Both the position numbers and the translations under genes were made by a program. 39,162 nt of DNA from positions 1 to 39,162 of the IMG/VR virus record IMGVR_UViG_3300025635_000063. The stretch is one strand, 5' to 3'. This document shows positions 27,439 through 34,963 of the stretch, piece after piece. Position 1 is the first letter of the stretch; the number at the start of each line of letters is the position of its first letter. The notes below the pieces were generated by a model. That model was given only the letters and a program-made list of their open reading frames with translations, did no database searches and had not been told where the DNA came from. This DNA comes from a virus (lineage: Duplodnaviria > Caudoviricetes).

Positions 27439-27446
27439 AGACACAG

Positions 27447-27475
27447 GCTGTACTACGTTGGGGTCGCAATGTCAA
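27447..27475 (-). promoter_or_regulatory. Putative sigma70-type promoter of terS/late operon
   Basis: TTGACA-17 bp-TACAGC; ATG 8 nt downstream with no SD. Confidence 0.55.
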
Positions 27476-27628
27476 GGAAGGAAGAGGTGAGGATAACGCC
27501 TTCGGCTAGGTGTCTGCGCTGCGCTTCGCGCTTCTTCGCTCCGACAATGGATAAAGAAATACCATGAACTGAGCGGATTGGGGTGCATTTTAGAGTGATC
27601 CTGTTGAATTCATTCAGAAACAAAGTGC

Positions 27629-27657
27629 TTGACTGTAGCGCTACGTTAAGGCATTGT
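27629..27657 (+). promoter_or_regulatory. Putative sigma70-type promoter with palindromic operator
   Basis: TTGACT-17 bp-CATTGT; perfect palindrome GTAGCGCTAC (27635-27644) in the spacer. Confidence 0.55.
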
Positions 27658-27663
27658 CAGGCC

Positions 27664-27843
27664 ATGAAGAAAGACAAGAATCCTCACGCGCAGCAACTCG
27701 GACGGCTTGGTGGGCTTGCTCGAGCCAAGGCACTGACAGACGATCAGCGTAAATCTGCCTCGCTGCATGCTGTTGAAGCGAAACAGAAGAAGGCGAAGGT
27801 CCGTCGATTACTTGGAGAAGATCCGACATGGGAAGACAGCTAG
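27664..27843 (+). CDS. Small basic KGG-like nucleic-acid-binding protein
   Basis: KNPHAQQLGRLGGLARAKALTDDQRK. Confidence 0.65.
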   Translation: MKKDKNPHAQQLGRLGGLARAKALTDDQRKSASLHAVEAKQKKAKVRRLLGEDPTWEDS

Positions 27844-28286
27844 CCTCACACTTTGTCCAAATCAATCGCCCCATTCGCAAGTCTCAAGCTGAAGTCATTG
27901 CCGAGATTGTCGCGCAAGACAAAGCGGAGGATCGTGCAGAGAGGGCCGCAAGGCAACGCTTTGAACAATGGTGGCAGCGGAAGGTTGAGAATGCGAACCG
28001 GAGCGCACAGAAGCGCAGGCTGACGAAACAAGGCACCATCCTTAAACATGGCCAAGGAGTCTGCACACTGACGCTCCAAGAATGGCGCGAGATCGTGTAT
28101 CGCTATCAGTCCCGATGCGCCTACTGCCAGAAGCGGGGCCTGCTCACGAAAGACCACATTGTACCCATCTCCAAAGGCGGGTTTCATACGCATCTCAACG
28201 TCATTCCAGCATGCCATTCTTGCAATTCACGCAAGGGCAATCGACCTGCACATCTCTACTCTCCTAAGCTAATCCCATTCAAATAG
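27828..28286 (+). CDS. HNH endonuclease
   Basis: RCAYC...DHIVPISKGG...NVIPACHSCNSRKG. Confidence 0.9.
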   Translation: MGRQLASHFVQINRPIRKSQAEVIAEIVAQDKAEDRAERAARQRFEQWWQRKVENANRSAQKRRLTKQGTILKHGQGVCTLTLQEWREIVYRYQSRCAYCQKRGLLTKDHIVPISKGGFHTHLNVIPACHSCNSRKGNRPAHLYSPKLIPFK

Positions 28287-28310
28287 CTCTCTGTGAATAG
28301 TGGGAATAGC

Positions 28311-28448
28311 TGTAGCAGAATGGGTCAGCGGTGTAGAGAAATGCGGCGGCAATTGGCGTGGAGTTGTAGCAGAATGGGGCATTCACTGAATCTAGCCTAC
28401 TCATAACCCCTTGTTTTATAGTCTGCCCCTATCAGGCACAGGGCTTGC
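28311..28448 (+). promoter_or_regulatory. Putative sigma54 promoter with upstream activator repeats and IHF-like site
   Basis: GGCACAGGGCTTGC (GG-N10-GC, 28435-28448); TGTAGCAGAATGGG repeated at 28311 and 28365; TAACCCCTTGTTT at 28404. Confidence 0.65.
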
Positions 28449-28491
28449 TGTAGAGGCAGGTATGAACCGCAACCACACAACGGAGGATCGC

Positions 28492-28638
28492 ATGACACAC
28501 ACATCGAAAACACTCTGCGAATGGTGCCACAAGCGGATTGCACGATACACAGCCTATCGTGAAGTAGGCTTCGGAGTGGAAGTCAAGATGGCTGAGGTGT
28601 GTACAACTTGCAAACGCCGATCTGAAGGGAAGGCTTAA
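28492..28638 (+). CDS. Small zinc-finger protein
   Basis: GGAGG RBS; CEWC...CTTC; alternative in-frame ATG at 28462. Confidence 0.55.
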   Translation: MTHTSKTLCEWCHKRIARYTAYREVGFGVEVKMAEVCTTCKRRSEGKA

Positions 28639-28639
28639 C

Positions 28640-28831
28640 ATGACCGCATTAAGCATGAGCCACGCGATAGGCTGGGAAGTGCTGTGGACGACCGGCAGCT
28701 TAGAGATTGCCGTAAGGATCATCGATGTGAAGCAGGCCTATGGCCGCACACGCTATCTCATCACCCCGATTGCCGGCAGCAAGTCGATGTGGGTGCAGGA
28801 TGGCTTACAGTTTCACCAGGAAGGAGCGTAA
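28640..28831 (+). CDS. 63-aa hypothetical protein (SH3-like beta)
   Basis: VRIIDVKQAYGRTRYLITPIAG; tightly packed with neighbours. Confidence 0.55.
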   Translation: MTALSMSHAIGWEVLWTTGSLEIAVRIIDVKQAYGRTRYLITPIAGSKSMWVQDGLQFHQEGA

Positions 28832-28833
28832 GC

Positions 28834-29355
28834 ATGAGTATGCCAGTGTGTCCGTTTACGATAGGAACGACCTACTACAAGCCGATCCAGCAACCTGAAC
28901 AGGTGCGTATTCCGTGCCCGGTCTGTAACGGCAACAAATGCGTGACCATGATCCTCGGCACAGGAGAACATCTTGAGGTGCCCTGTGAAGCGTGCGGGCT
29001 TGGCTTCCACGTCAGCCGTGGATTTATTGAGGAGTACCAGTACACGCCACGGACTGCCGCGTTTAGAGTGGCCAGTATTGAAGGCTACGCCTATGAAGAA
29101 TGGGACCTAAAAAGTGACAAGGGGGAGCTGACACGTGGCTCAACACTCTTTGAGCATGAGGCGGATGCCCTCGCTGCCTCACAGAAACAGGCAGCGGAAC
29201 AACTGGAACGCAACGCCCGCTCTTACTCACAAACGAAAGCCTCGGCGAAGAAGATGACGTGGAGCGTTCGGTATCACCGAGAATGCATTAAAGACTTGGA
29301 GCGGAAGATTGCCTACCACTTCGGAGCCATTACAGCACAGAAGAAAGGAGTGTAA
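28834..29355 (+). CDS. Protein with DnaJ-like zinc finger
   Basis: AAGGAG RBS; CPVCNG...CEACG. Confidence 0.6.
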   Translation: MSMPVCPFTIGTTYYKPIQQPEQVRIPCPVCNGNKCVTMILGTGEHLEVPCEACGLGFHVSRGFIEEYQYTPRTAAFRVASIEGYAYEEWDLKSDKGELTRGSTLFEHEADALAASQKQAAEQLERNARSYSQTKASAKKMTWSVRYHRECIKDLERKIAYHFGAITAQKKGV

Positions 29356-29357
29356 TC

Positions 29358-29492
29358 ATGGGTGAATTTTACCAAGACAACTATTGGAAGGCCAAGCAAG
29401 ACTCCACCATGCAAGATCCTCTATTGCCTCGCCTCTGGCCGTATGTGCTGATGGGATTGGCGATGGCGCAAGCCGTCTGGTACTGGCTGTGA
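29358..29492 (+). CDS. 44-aa membrane peptide
   Basis: Manual translation MGEFYQDNYW...LWPYVLMGLAMAQAVWYWL; AAGGAG RBS. Confidence 0.5.
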   Translation: MGEFYQDNYWKAKQDSTMQDPLLPRLWPYVLMGLAMAQAVWYWL

Positions 29493-29522
29493 CTAGGGAT
29501 CTTACTAGGGACGTTTTTGTGC

Positions 29523-29551
29523 TTGACCACTGGGGTGTGGCCGTGTAGAGT
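29523..29551 (+). promoter_or_regulatory. Putative sigma70-type promoter for the replication operon
   Basis: TTGACC-17 bp-TAGAGT; ACTAGGGA direct repeats at 29492 and 29504 just upstream. Confidence 0.55.
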
Positions 29552-29567
29552 GTTTGCACAATTTGCA

Positions 29568-29681
29568 GCGGTTGGGATAAGCAACCGTGTCGAGTGTTTC
29601 CGGTTCCCCAGTAATGGCGAACCAGAACACAAGGGGCTTTCTAGGGGATCTTATCCGTCCCTTGGAAGGCCCTTTCTTTTT
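29568..29681 (+). ncRNA. Structured 5' leader (three hairpins ending in an intrinsic terminator) before the replication initiator
   Basis: Stems 29568-29588, 29594-29630 (GTAA loop) and 18-bp 29631-29675 followed by CTTTTT; loop 1 GGATAAG is complementary to loop 3 CTTATCC. Confidence 0.65.
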
Positions 29682-29693
29682 GGAGTGCATCAT

Positions 29694-30548
29694 ATGTGGG
29701 TTAAGATTGATGATGGGTTTGCGACTCATCCCAAGATTCTTTCTGCTGGTCCCCTTGCGGCCCTCATCCAAATCCGCGCCATTTGCTTTGCAAGCCAGAA
29801 TCAGACCGATGGATTCATCCATGAATCTGCCGTTGGCTTGCTTTTCATCGGGTTTGAACGGATCGGCATTGATAAAGGGCGCATTGGAGACTATGCCAGT
29901 TTTGGATCTCAAGCGGATGAAATAGACTGGCCCGCACTCATGGTTGAGCATGGCCTATGGGAGACTCGACCAAACGGATACTACATCCATGATTATCTCG
30001 AATGGAATTTATCAAAAAAAGATCGAGAATCTTTCATAAATCAGAAAAGTAAAGCTGGCAAAAAGGGCATGAAAGCCCGATGGACAAAGGCTAAACAAGT
30101 TATATCAGGCGTTATAACATATGATATAACAAAACCATATCACGCTATATCTACATCTACATCTAGTATTTCATCTCTTAAATCTTCTCCTTCTTCTCTT
30201 CATTCTGAATTTGAACAATTCTGGCAAGCATATCCCAAGAAAGCAGGCAAGAAGGCTGCTCAGAAAGCCTTCCAGAACGCGCAGGATCGCCCCAGGATCG
30301 ACGATCTACTGGCAGCTATACATCGGGCCAAGGGTTCACCCCAATGGGCCAAGGAGAACGGTCAGTACATTCCGCATCCGGCGACATGGCTGAACCGTGG
30401 ACAATGGGCAGATGTCCCAACAGAAACCAAGCCGAGTGTGTTTGAGGAGTTTTTAGCGAGAGGAGAGCGCGATGATGAATCGACCGGAGTTTTTGAGGGG
30501 CTGGCTGTTACTGACCGCTCAACCGTGGGGAAGGACGTATCGCAGTGA
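29694..30548 (+). CDS. Phage replication initiator protein
   Basis: MWVKIDDGFATHPK N-domain, YYIHDYLEWN, C-domain FEQFWQAYPKKAGKKAA...YIPHPATWLNRGQWAD; GGAG RBS. Confidence 0.85.
   Translation: MWVKIDDGFATHPKILSAGPLAALIQIRAICFASQNQTDGFIHESAVGLLFIGFERIGIDKGRIGDYASFGSQADEIDWPALMVEHGLWETRPNGYYIHDYLEWNLSKKDRESFINQKSKAGKKGMKARWTKAKQVISGVITYDITKPYHAISTSTSSISSLKSSPSSLHSEFEQFWQAYPKKAGKKAAQKAFQNAQDRPRIDDLLAAIHRAKGSPQWAKENGQYIPHPATWLNRGQWADVPTETKPSVFEEFLARGERDDESTGVFEGLAVTDRSTVGKDVSQ
30099..30152. repeat. Iteron-like repeats / probable replication origin inside the initiator gene
   Basis: GTTATATCA (30099), GTTATAACA (30111), GATATAACA (30123) at a 12-bp period, then degenerate copies, in an AT-rich patch. 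Confidence 0.6.
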
Positions 30549-30951
30549 CAATACGAACCCGCTGAATCCTGAACCGTCACCGGCCAAGATCCAGTGCGAG
30601 CTGTACTACAAAGCCATGTGCTATGCCTACGTCCCTGCGTGGTTGGAAGTGGCTGAACTGCTTGCGGCTGGGGACAAGTGGCCGAGCATTCACGAATGTA
30701 AAGAAGCCCTCCGGCATGCCAAGGCCAAGCCCTCGGTGCCGGTGATCGAGTCGCACGAGGTAGGATGGATGACGAAAGAGGAGTTCGGGACCGCCTTGTA
30801 TGAGACCGTCAAGACGGTCAGCCTCCTCAGGGAAGCCCCTGAATCGTGCAAGGATGGCTTGAGAGCGCAGTTAGCCCAACAGTTCAAGGGATTGACCGTT
30901 GATGAGCAGGCGGCGGTGTTGGGGCGGTATCGGGACTTGGTGAATCTATGA
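30472..30951 (+). CDS. Putative helicase loader / replication accessory protein
   Basis: Directly after the initiator; KWPSIHE motif; call rests mainly on position. Confidence 0.45.
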   Translation: MMNRPEFLRGWLLLTAQPWGRTYRSDNTNPLNPEPSPAKIQCELYYKAMCYAYVPAWLEVAELLAAGDKWPSIHECKEALRHAKAKPSVPVIESHEVGWMTKEEFGTALYETVKTVSLLREAPESCKDGLRAQLAQQFKGLTVDEQAAVLGRYRDLVNL

Positions 30952-31094
30952 TGACCGGCGATGCACTCATGCAGGGGTTGGTGGTGGTGTATGTACTGGT
31001 GGCGATTGTCTACGCCACAGAAGGGAACTGGCCGAAAATGACGTACTGGATCGGCGCGGCAATGATTACGAGCAGCGTGTTGGTGATGCGATGA
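30948..31094 (+). CDS. 48-aa two-helix membrane peptide
   Basis: MMTGDALMQGLVVVYVLVAIVYATEGNWPKMTYWIGAAMITSSVLVMR; ATGA overlaps at both ends. Confidence 0.55.
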   Translation: MMTGDALMQGLVVVYVLVAIVYATEGNWPKMTYWIGAAMITSSVLVMR

Positions 31095-31708
31095 GCTTGC
31101 CCACGCCGTATTACGAAGAAAACGGGATCGTGATTTATCATGGGGATTGTCGTGAGATTCTGCCGCACTTGCCGAAGGTGGATCTGGTGTTGACCGACCC
31201 GCCGTATGGGATTGGGTTTGCTGCACAGCCTACAAAGTGGCAACGCCTTGCCGGTCATGCTCCTGAGTTCTGGGATGAGTCGACGGTTGAGAATATGGAT
31301 GCTGTACTCGCGGCTGGGACTTCTCAGATTATCTGGGGAGGCAATTTTTACCCGCTTCCGCCTTCGCGTTCCTGGCTCTGTTGGTTCAAACCTGATGCAC
31401 CTCCTTCGATGGGCAGCTTTGAGCTAGCCTGGACTAATTTAGATAAAAATACGCGGCAAATATCATGGTCGATAGGGGCAACGAATGCGGAGAGGGTTGG
31501 TCATCCGACGCAGAAGCCATTGGCCGTTATTGCCTGGTCATTAACCTTTGCGCCTGATGCGCAGACCATCCTCGACCCCTTCATGGGCAGCGGCACCACG
31601 CTCCGCGCTGCCAAGGACCTAGGCCGCAAGTGTATCGGCATTGAACTGGAAGAGAAGTATTGCGAGATTGCGGCGAAACGATTGGCGCAGGAGGTCTTAT
31701 CGCTATGA
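31091..31708 (+). CDS. DNA N6-adenine/N4-cytosine methyltransferase (beta class)
   Basis: LTDPPYG, HPTQKP, LDPFMGSGTT, IGIELEEKYC. Confidence 0.95.
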   Translation: MSLPTPYYEENGIVIYHGDCREILPHLPKVDLVLTDPPYGIGFAAQPTKWQRLAGHAPEFWDESTVENMDAVLAAGTSQIIWGGNFYPLPPSRSWLCWFKPDAPPSMGSFELAWTNLDKNTRQISWSIGATNAERVGHPTQKPLAVIAWSLTFAPDAQTILDPFMGSGTTLRAAKDLGRKCIGIELEEKYCEIAAKRLAQEVLSL

Positions 31709-31896
31709 CCTGTCCCCAATGCAAACACCCGATTGACAGCATTCACCCTAATACCTACGGCGTGGGCTGGTGCCGTCTCGACATTCACCTCGCCTGCCTG
31801 CCGCTGCATGTGCGGAGCTGCCAGGCGTGCAGGCATCATAATGAGGGCCACATCTCACACCAACCTGTGAATTCTGTGAATAGCTGTGGCAAATAG
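31705..31896 (+). CDS. Cys/His-rich small protein
   Basis: ATGA-coupled; CPQC...HLAC...CQAC. Confidence 0.5.
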   Translation: MTCPQCKHPIDSIHPNTYGVGWCRLDIHLACLPLHVRSCQACRHHNEGHISHQPVNSVNSCGK

Positions 31897-32020
31897 GGGC
31901 ATTACTGGCGCATTATGCGACGGCGAAAACATTGGGGTTTCTGAGTGCTGCCCCGTTTCTCCCCAGGCCCGTAGATGAATGGTGCGATTGGCGTAGGGTT
32001 TTCTGTGGCATGGGAGTAGC
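31885..32020 (+). promoter_or_regulatory. Second putative sigma54 promoter with upstream activator boxes
   Basis: TGGCATGGGAGTAGC (GG-N10-GC, 32007-32020); 17-bp boxes at 31885, 31906 and 31949. Confidence 0.55.
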
Positions 32021-32033
32021 ACTAGTAACTAGC

Positions 32034-32243
32034 ATGAACACAAACACACAAAAGAAGTTGGATGCGGTGGCGGAACTGGTGAGGGACAATGGTGGGGAGT
32101 TGGGAGAGTGGACTCGCTCGAAATGGGGATTCTACGCGGTCTGTTCATGCTGTGGGGGATTGGCGGCGGTGACGATAACGCGAATCGAGCTACGCGAGTT
32201 GCCCCATTGCTGCCGAGTGGGAAGGAAGGACAGAGCATTATGA
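32034..32243 (+). CDS. Hypothetical protein (Cys-containing)
   Basis: ATG 32034; ATGA overlap with the next gene. Confidence 0.55.
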   Translation: MNTNTQKKLDAVAELVRDNGGELGEWTRSKWGFYAVCSCCGGLAAVTITRIELRELPHCCRVGRKDRAL

Positions 32244-32494
32244 AATTAGGCGATGCGATTACAGTCCTCAGGCGAATCATCGGGCAGCTTGCGACTCCTG
32301 AAGAGTTGCGAAAGCTACACATCGAACACCAGGCCCTTGTCGATGTGTATTACGGGCACCCGTTCAATGACCAGCGATGGAACATTACGGAAGCGTATGT
32401 CTACCGTGACGCCTACATGCGGGGCAGCTTGCAGCTTGAACTCGAGGGCCGTGGTGAGATTGATTACATCCCAACCAAGGAGGTAGAACGGTGA
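32240..32494 (+). CDS. Hypothetical protein
   Basis: AAGGA RBS; coupled at both ends. Confidence 0.55.
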   Translation: MKLGDAITVLRRIIGQLATPEELRKLHIEHQALVDVYYGHPFNDQRWNITEAYVYRDAYMRGSLQLELEGRGEIDYIPTKEVER

Positions 32495-33054
32495 ACATCC
32501 AAGAGTATTCGTGTGAAACTATGCCGCAGTCAGAAGAGTTTACCGACGAGGCATTGGCCTTGTTGGAAAAACTCGGTGCAGAGAATCAGTCACGGTTCTA
32601 CAAGCAGGATGGGGCCGTATTCCCATATCGCAAAATGTCTCCTTATGAACATGCCATTTACAAGATTGTCCTGCCTGTGCGTGAACCGATTGCCAAGTTC
32701 AAAGCGTGCCCGATCCCGCTGCGCGTGCTCCAGATTGGAGCGCACGCCTCAGAACTGATGGCTGGTGAATTGGTGATCTGGCACCAGGGCGAAGGGAAGG
32801 ACGACCCGTTATTGACCTTGCGTGAAGGAAATGAATACTCCGGCAGCTATTACTTGCTGGCGCGATGGGCTGAAGTGTTGGAAGAGTTCTCCGTCTTAGT
32901 CCAGCAGGCTATTACAATCAATACTGAAAGAGTCCGTGAGGAGTTGCTCGCCAAGAAATATGAGCTGCAAGCGTGGATTGATAATTGTGATGCGTTAGTG
33001 GCGTCACGATTGCGCGATGGCAAGGTTGATGGGCCGAGTGTCCATTGGTTTTAA
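32491..33054 (+). CDS. Hypothetical protein
   Basis: 187-aa ORF with GGAGG RBS. Confidence 0.65.
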   Translation: MNIQEYSCETMPQSEEFTDEALALLEKLGAENQSRFYKQDGAVFPYRKMSPYEHAIYKIVLPVREPIAKFKACPIPLRVLQIGAHASELMAGELVIWHQGEGKDDPLLTLREGNEYSGSYYLLARWAEVLEEFSVLVQQAITINTERVREELLAKKYELQAWIDNCDALVASRLRDGKVDGPSVHWF

Positions 33055-33067
33055 CCAAGGAGGGGCG

Positions 33068-33250
33068 ATGATGACGGGACGCGACACAACCAACGCATTT
33101 CTCTGCGACCAAGTGCGGACGAAACAACGGATGCGCTGCCTGACGGCGACGACACACCTCACTGACGAGGCTGAGATTGAGGTGGTGGTCTACGTGCTGC
33201 TCGCGGGCATCGTGTGGACGATGGTGGCGCTCGTGTGGATATTAACATGA
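33068..33250 (+). CDS. Small protein with C-terminal TM helix
   Basis: GGAGG RBS; VVVYVLLAGIVWTMVALVWIL. Confidence 0.55.
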   Translation: MMTGRDTTNAFLCDQVRTKQRMRCLTATTHLTDEAEIEVVVYVLLAGIVWTMVALVWILT

Positions 33251-33432
33251 AGAATGAAACGAACCGAGCGGCCCATCACTATACCGAGGGTTCATGGATC
33301 AATAAGCGAGAGGTGCTATTGAGTGCCTGGCCTATCAATCGCAAAGCAGGCCACATCGGGAGGACCCAGGCAGGTGGCACCAACATGGCGAAGAAGCTCT
33401 TGGCGCGGCTCACCGAGGAGGGATGGAAATGA
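33247..33432 (+). CDS. Hypothetical protein
   Basis: ATGA overlaps at both ends. Confidence 0.45.
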   Translation: MKNETNRAAHHYTEGSWINKREVLLSAWPINRKAGHIGRTQAGGTNMAKKLLARLTEEGWK

Positions 33433-33578
33433 AGCTGCCACCACTGAGACAGCGGAGGTCAATCGTCCGTGATTTTCGGCTAGGCGTATCCACAATTGGG
33501 ATTGCCAGAAAGTATGAAACGACAATCGAAATGATTGAGGCTGTGATACGCCTCGCGATGTTTGAGGTGAAAGCATGA
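33429..33578 (+). CDS. 49-aa HTH-like protein
   Basis: Manual translation MKLPPLRQRRSIVRDFRLGVSTIGIARKYETTIEMIEAVIR... Confidence 0.5.
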   Translation: MKLPPLRQRRSIVRDFRLGVSTIGIARKYETTIEMIEAVIRLAMFEVKA

Positions 33579-33787
33579 ACACCGACCGCATCACGTTCAC
33601 GCCGTACCCCAATGACATTCCGCTGCTGGAGCAGGCGGTGAAAGACAAGTTGTTTGTGAGTGTGTCCATGCTGATACGGGAGATCGTGGGGAACTGGTGT
33701 GCAGACCAACGCCGGGATAAGCGGCTGCATCTGCCAGCGCATCATTACACTTCTAGAGGGTCGGACGATTATTCAGAAGCCGAATAA
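33575..33787 (+). CDS. Ribbon-helix-helix (Arc/CopG-like) regulator
   Basis: RITFT strand, then helices LLEQAVK and SVSMLIREIV. Confidence 0.6.
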   Translation: MNTDRITFTPYPNDIPLLEQAVKDKLFVSVSMLIREIVGNWCADQRRDKRLHLPAHHYTSRGSDDYSEAE

Positions 33788-33799
33788 TGGGAGCAGATC

Positions 33800-34312
33800 A
33801 TGGCTAATAAGATAAAGCCAGTAAGGATCGACGGGGACGTTGCCTATATTACGCTATCGAGGGGCTTTGAAGCAGTGATTGATGTAACCGATGTGCCATT
33901 AGTGGAGAAATGGAATTGGACTGTAGATGTGCGTAAATATACCGCCTACGCCTATAGAACCATATACAACGGGAAGCACCGCACTGGAACTATAGTGCGC
34001 CTGCATAGAGAGCTTCTAGGGTTTCCAGATATGGACGTAGACCATATTGACACAAATGGATTAAACAACAGGCGCTCTAATCTTCGCGTGGCTACTAGGT
34101 CCCAGAATTTATGTAACCGTGGGGCCTGCGAGACTAATACTTCAGGGTTTAAGGGTGTCAAAAGACGTAAAGACTGCAACCGTTGGACAGCGCAAATACA
34201 ACTAAACGGTAAGTATAGATACATCGGCATATTTCGCACTGCACAAGATGCACACGCCGCCTACGTTGCGGCTAGCAAAGAGTTGCACGGCGAGTTTGCG
34301 AGGGCTTTATGA
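33800..34312 (+). CDS. HNH-AP2 homing-type endonuclease
   Basis: VDHIDTNGLNNRRSNLRVATRSQN, then AP2 NTSGFKGV...WTAQI...HGEFAR. Confidence 0.9.
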   Translation: MANKIKPVRIDGDVAYITLSRGFEAVIDVTDVPLVEKWNWTVDVRKYTAYAYRTIYNGKHRTGTIVRLHRELLGFPDMDVDHIDTNGLNNRRSNLRVATRSQNLCNRGACETNTSGFKGVKRRKDCNRWTAQIQLNGKYRYIGIFRTAQDAHAAYVAASKELHGEFARAL

Positions 34313-34524
34313 CCGACGAATGGATTATCGAAGTGATTGCCCGCCGTATGGATGAAGAGTGCGGCTGGTCGAAGGCGTCCACCGTGATGAATCATTTTGG
34401 TTGGGTTGATGTGGTGACGCACTTGTTCTTAGAGAAGGGGCTAAAGGCCGCGCTGTTGGATACCTACAAGACAGAGATCGTGAATGCGCGGGCGATGGAG
34501 TTGATGGACGTGGAGGGCTTCTAA
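34309..34524 (+). CDS. Hypothetical protein
   Basis: Coupled ORF. Confidence 0.5.
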   Translation: MTDEWIIEVIARRMDEECGWSKASTVMNHFGWVDVVTHLFLEKGLKAALLDTYKTEIVNARAMELMDVEGF

Positions 34525-34727
34525 TGGCACGCGAATGGTTGACGTGCGAGTGCGGGGCAGAATGGCGAGAGGAGCAGGACGACGAATGCCCGTACTGCAA
34601 GGCGAATAAGGGCCAGGCGATGAAAGAGGCCGCAGACGAATGGAAGCGGGAGCAAATGAAGGATGCACAATACGAGGATCTTGGACTTGACCCACGCGAA
34701 TCTGAATACTGGGACGGGTTACCATAA
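34524..34727 (+). CDS. Zinc-ribbon protein
   Basis: CECG...CPYC; TAATG coupling. Confidence 0.55.
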   Translation: MAREWLTCECGAEWREEQDDECPYCKANKGQAMKEAADEWKREQMKDAQYEDLGLDPRESEYWDGLP

Positions 34728-34963
34728 TGCCCATCTACCCCTGCGCCCGAGGGTCAAGTGAATGCTCCATGTGCTCGGTGGAGATGCCGTGGCATTGGAG
34801 CGGGTTGTGTGAGCATTGCCGCAGTGAGGCGATCTGCCGGAAGTGCGGGGAGACGCTGAAAGAGTACATGCTGGTTGAGTTGTGTGAGTCCTGCTATCGA
34901 ACAGAACCGTTTAAGTATCGGCTAGTGCCGAAAAGGAGGGTCGGTGGAATCGTCTCAAAGTGA
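34727..34963 (+). CDS. Cys-rich protein
   Basis: Four CxxC pairs; TAATG coupling. Confidence 0.55.
   Translation: MPIYPCARGSSECSMCSVEMPWHWSGLCEHCRSEAICRKCGETLKEYMLVELCESCYRTEPFKYRLVPKRRVGGIVSK

Noticed and set aside
28311-28381. Direct repeats as a mini-CRISPR array
   Set aside because: Only 14-17 bp, degenerate and irregularly spaced; better explained as activator binding boxes
29517-29693. 59-codon N-terminal extension of the replication initiator
   Set aside because: Covers the promoter and structured leader; the RBS and conserved-looking start are at 29694
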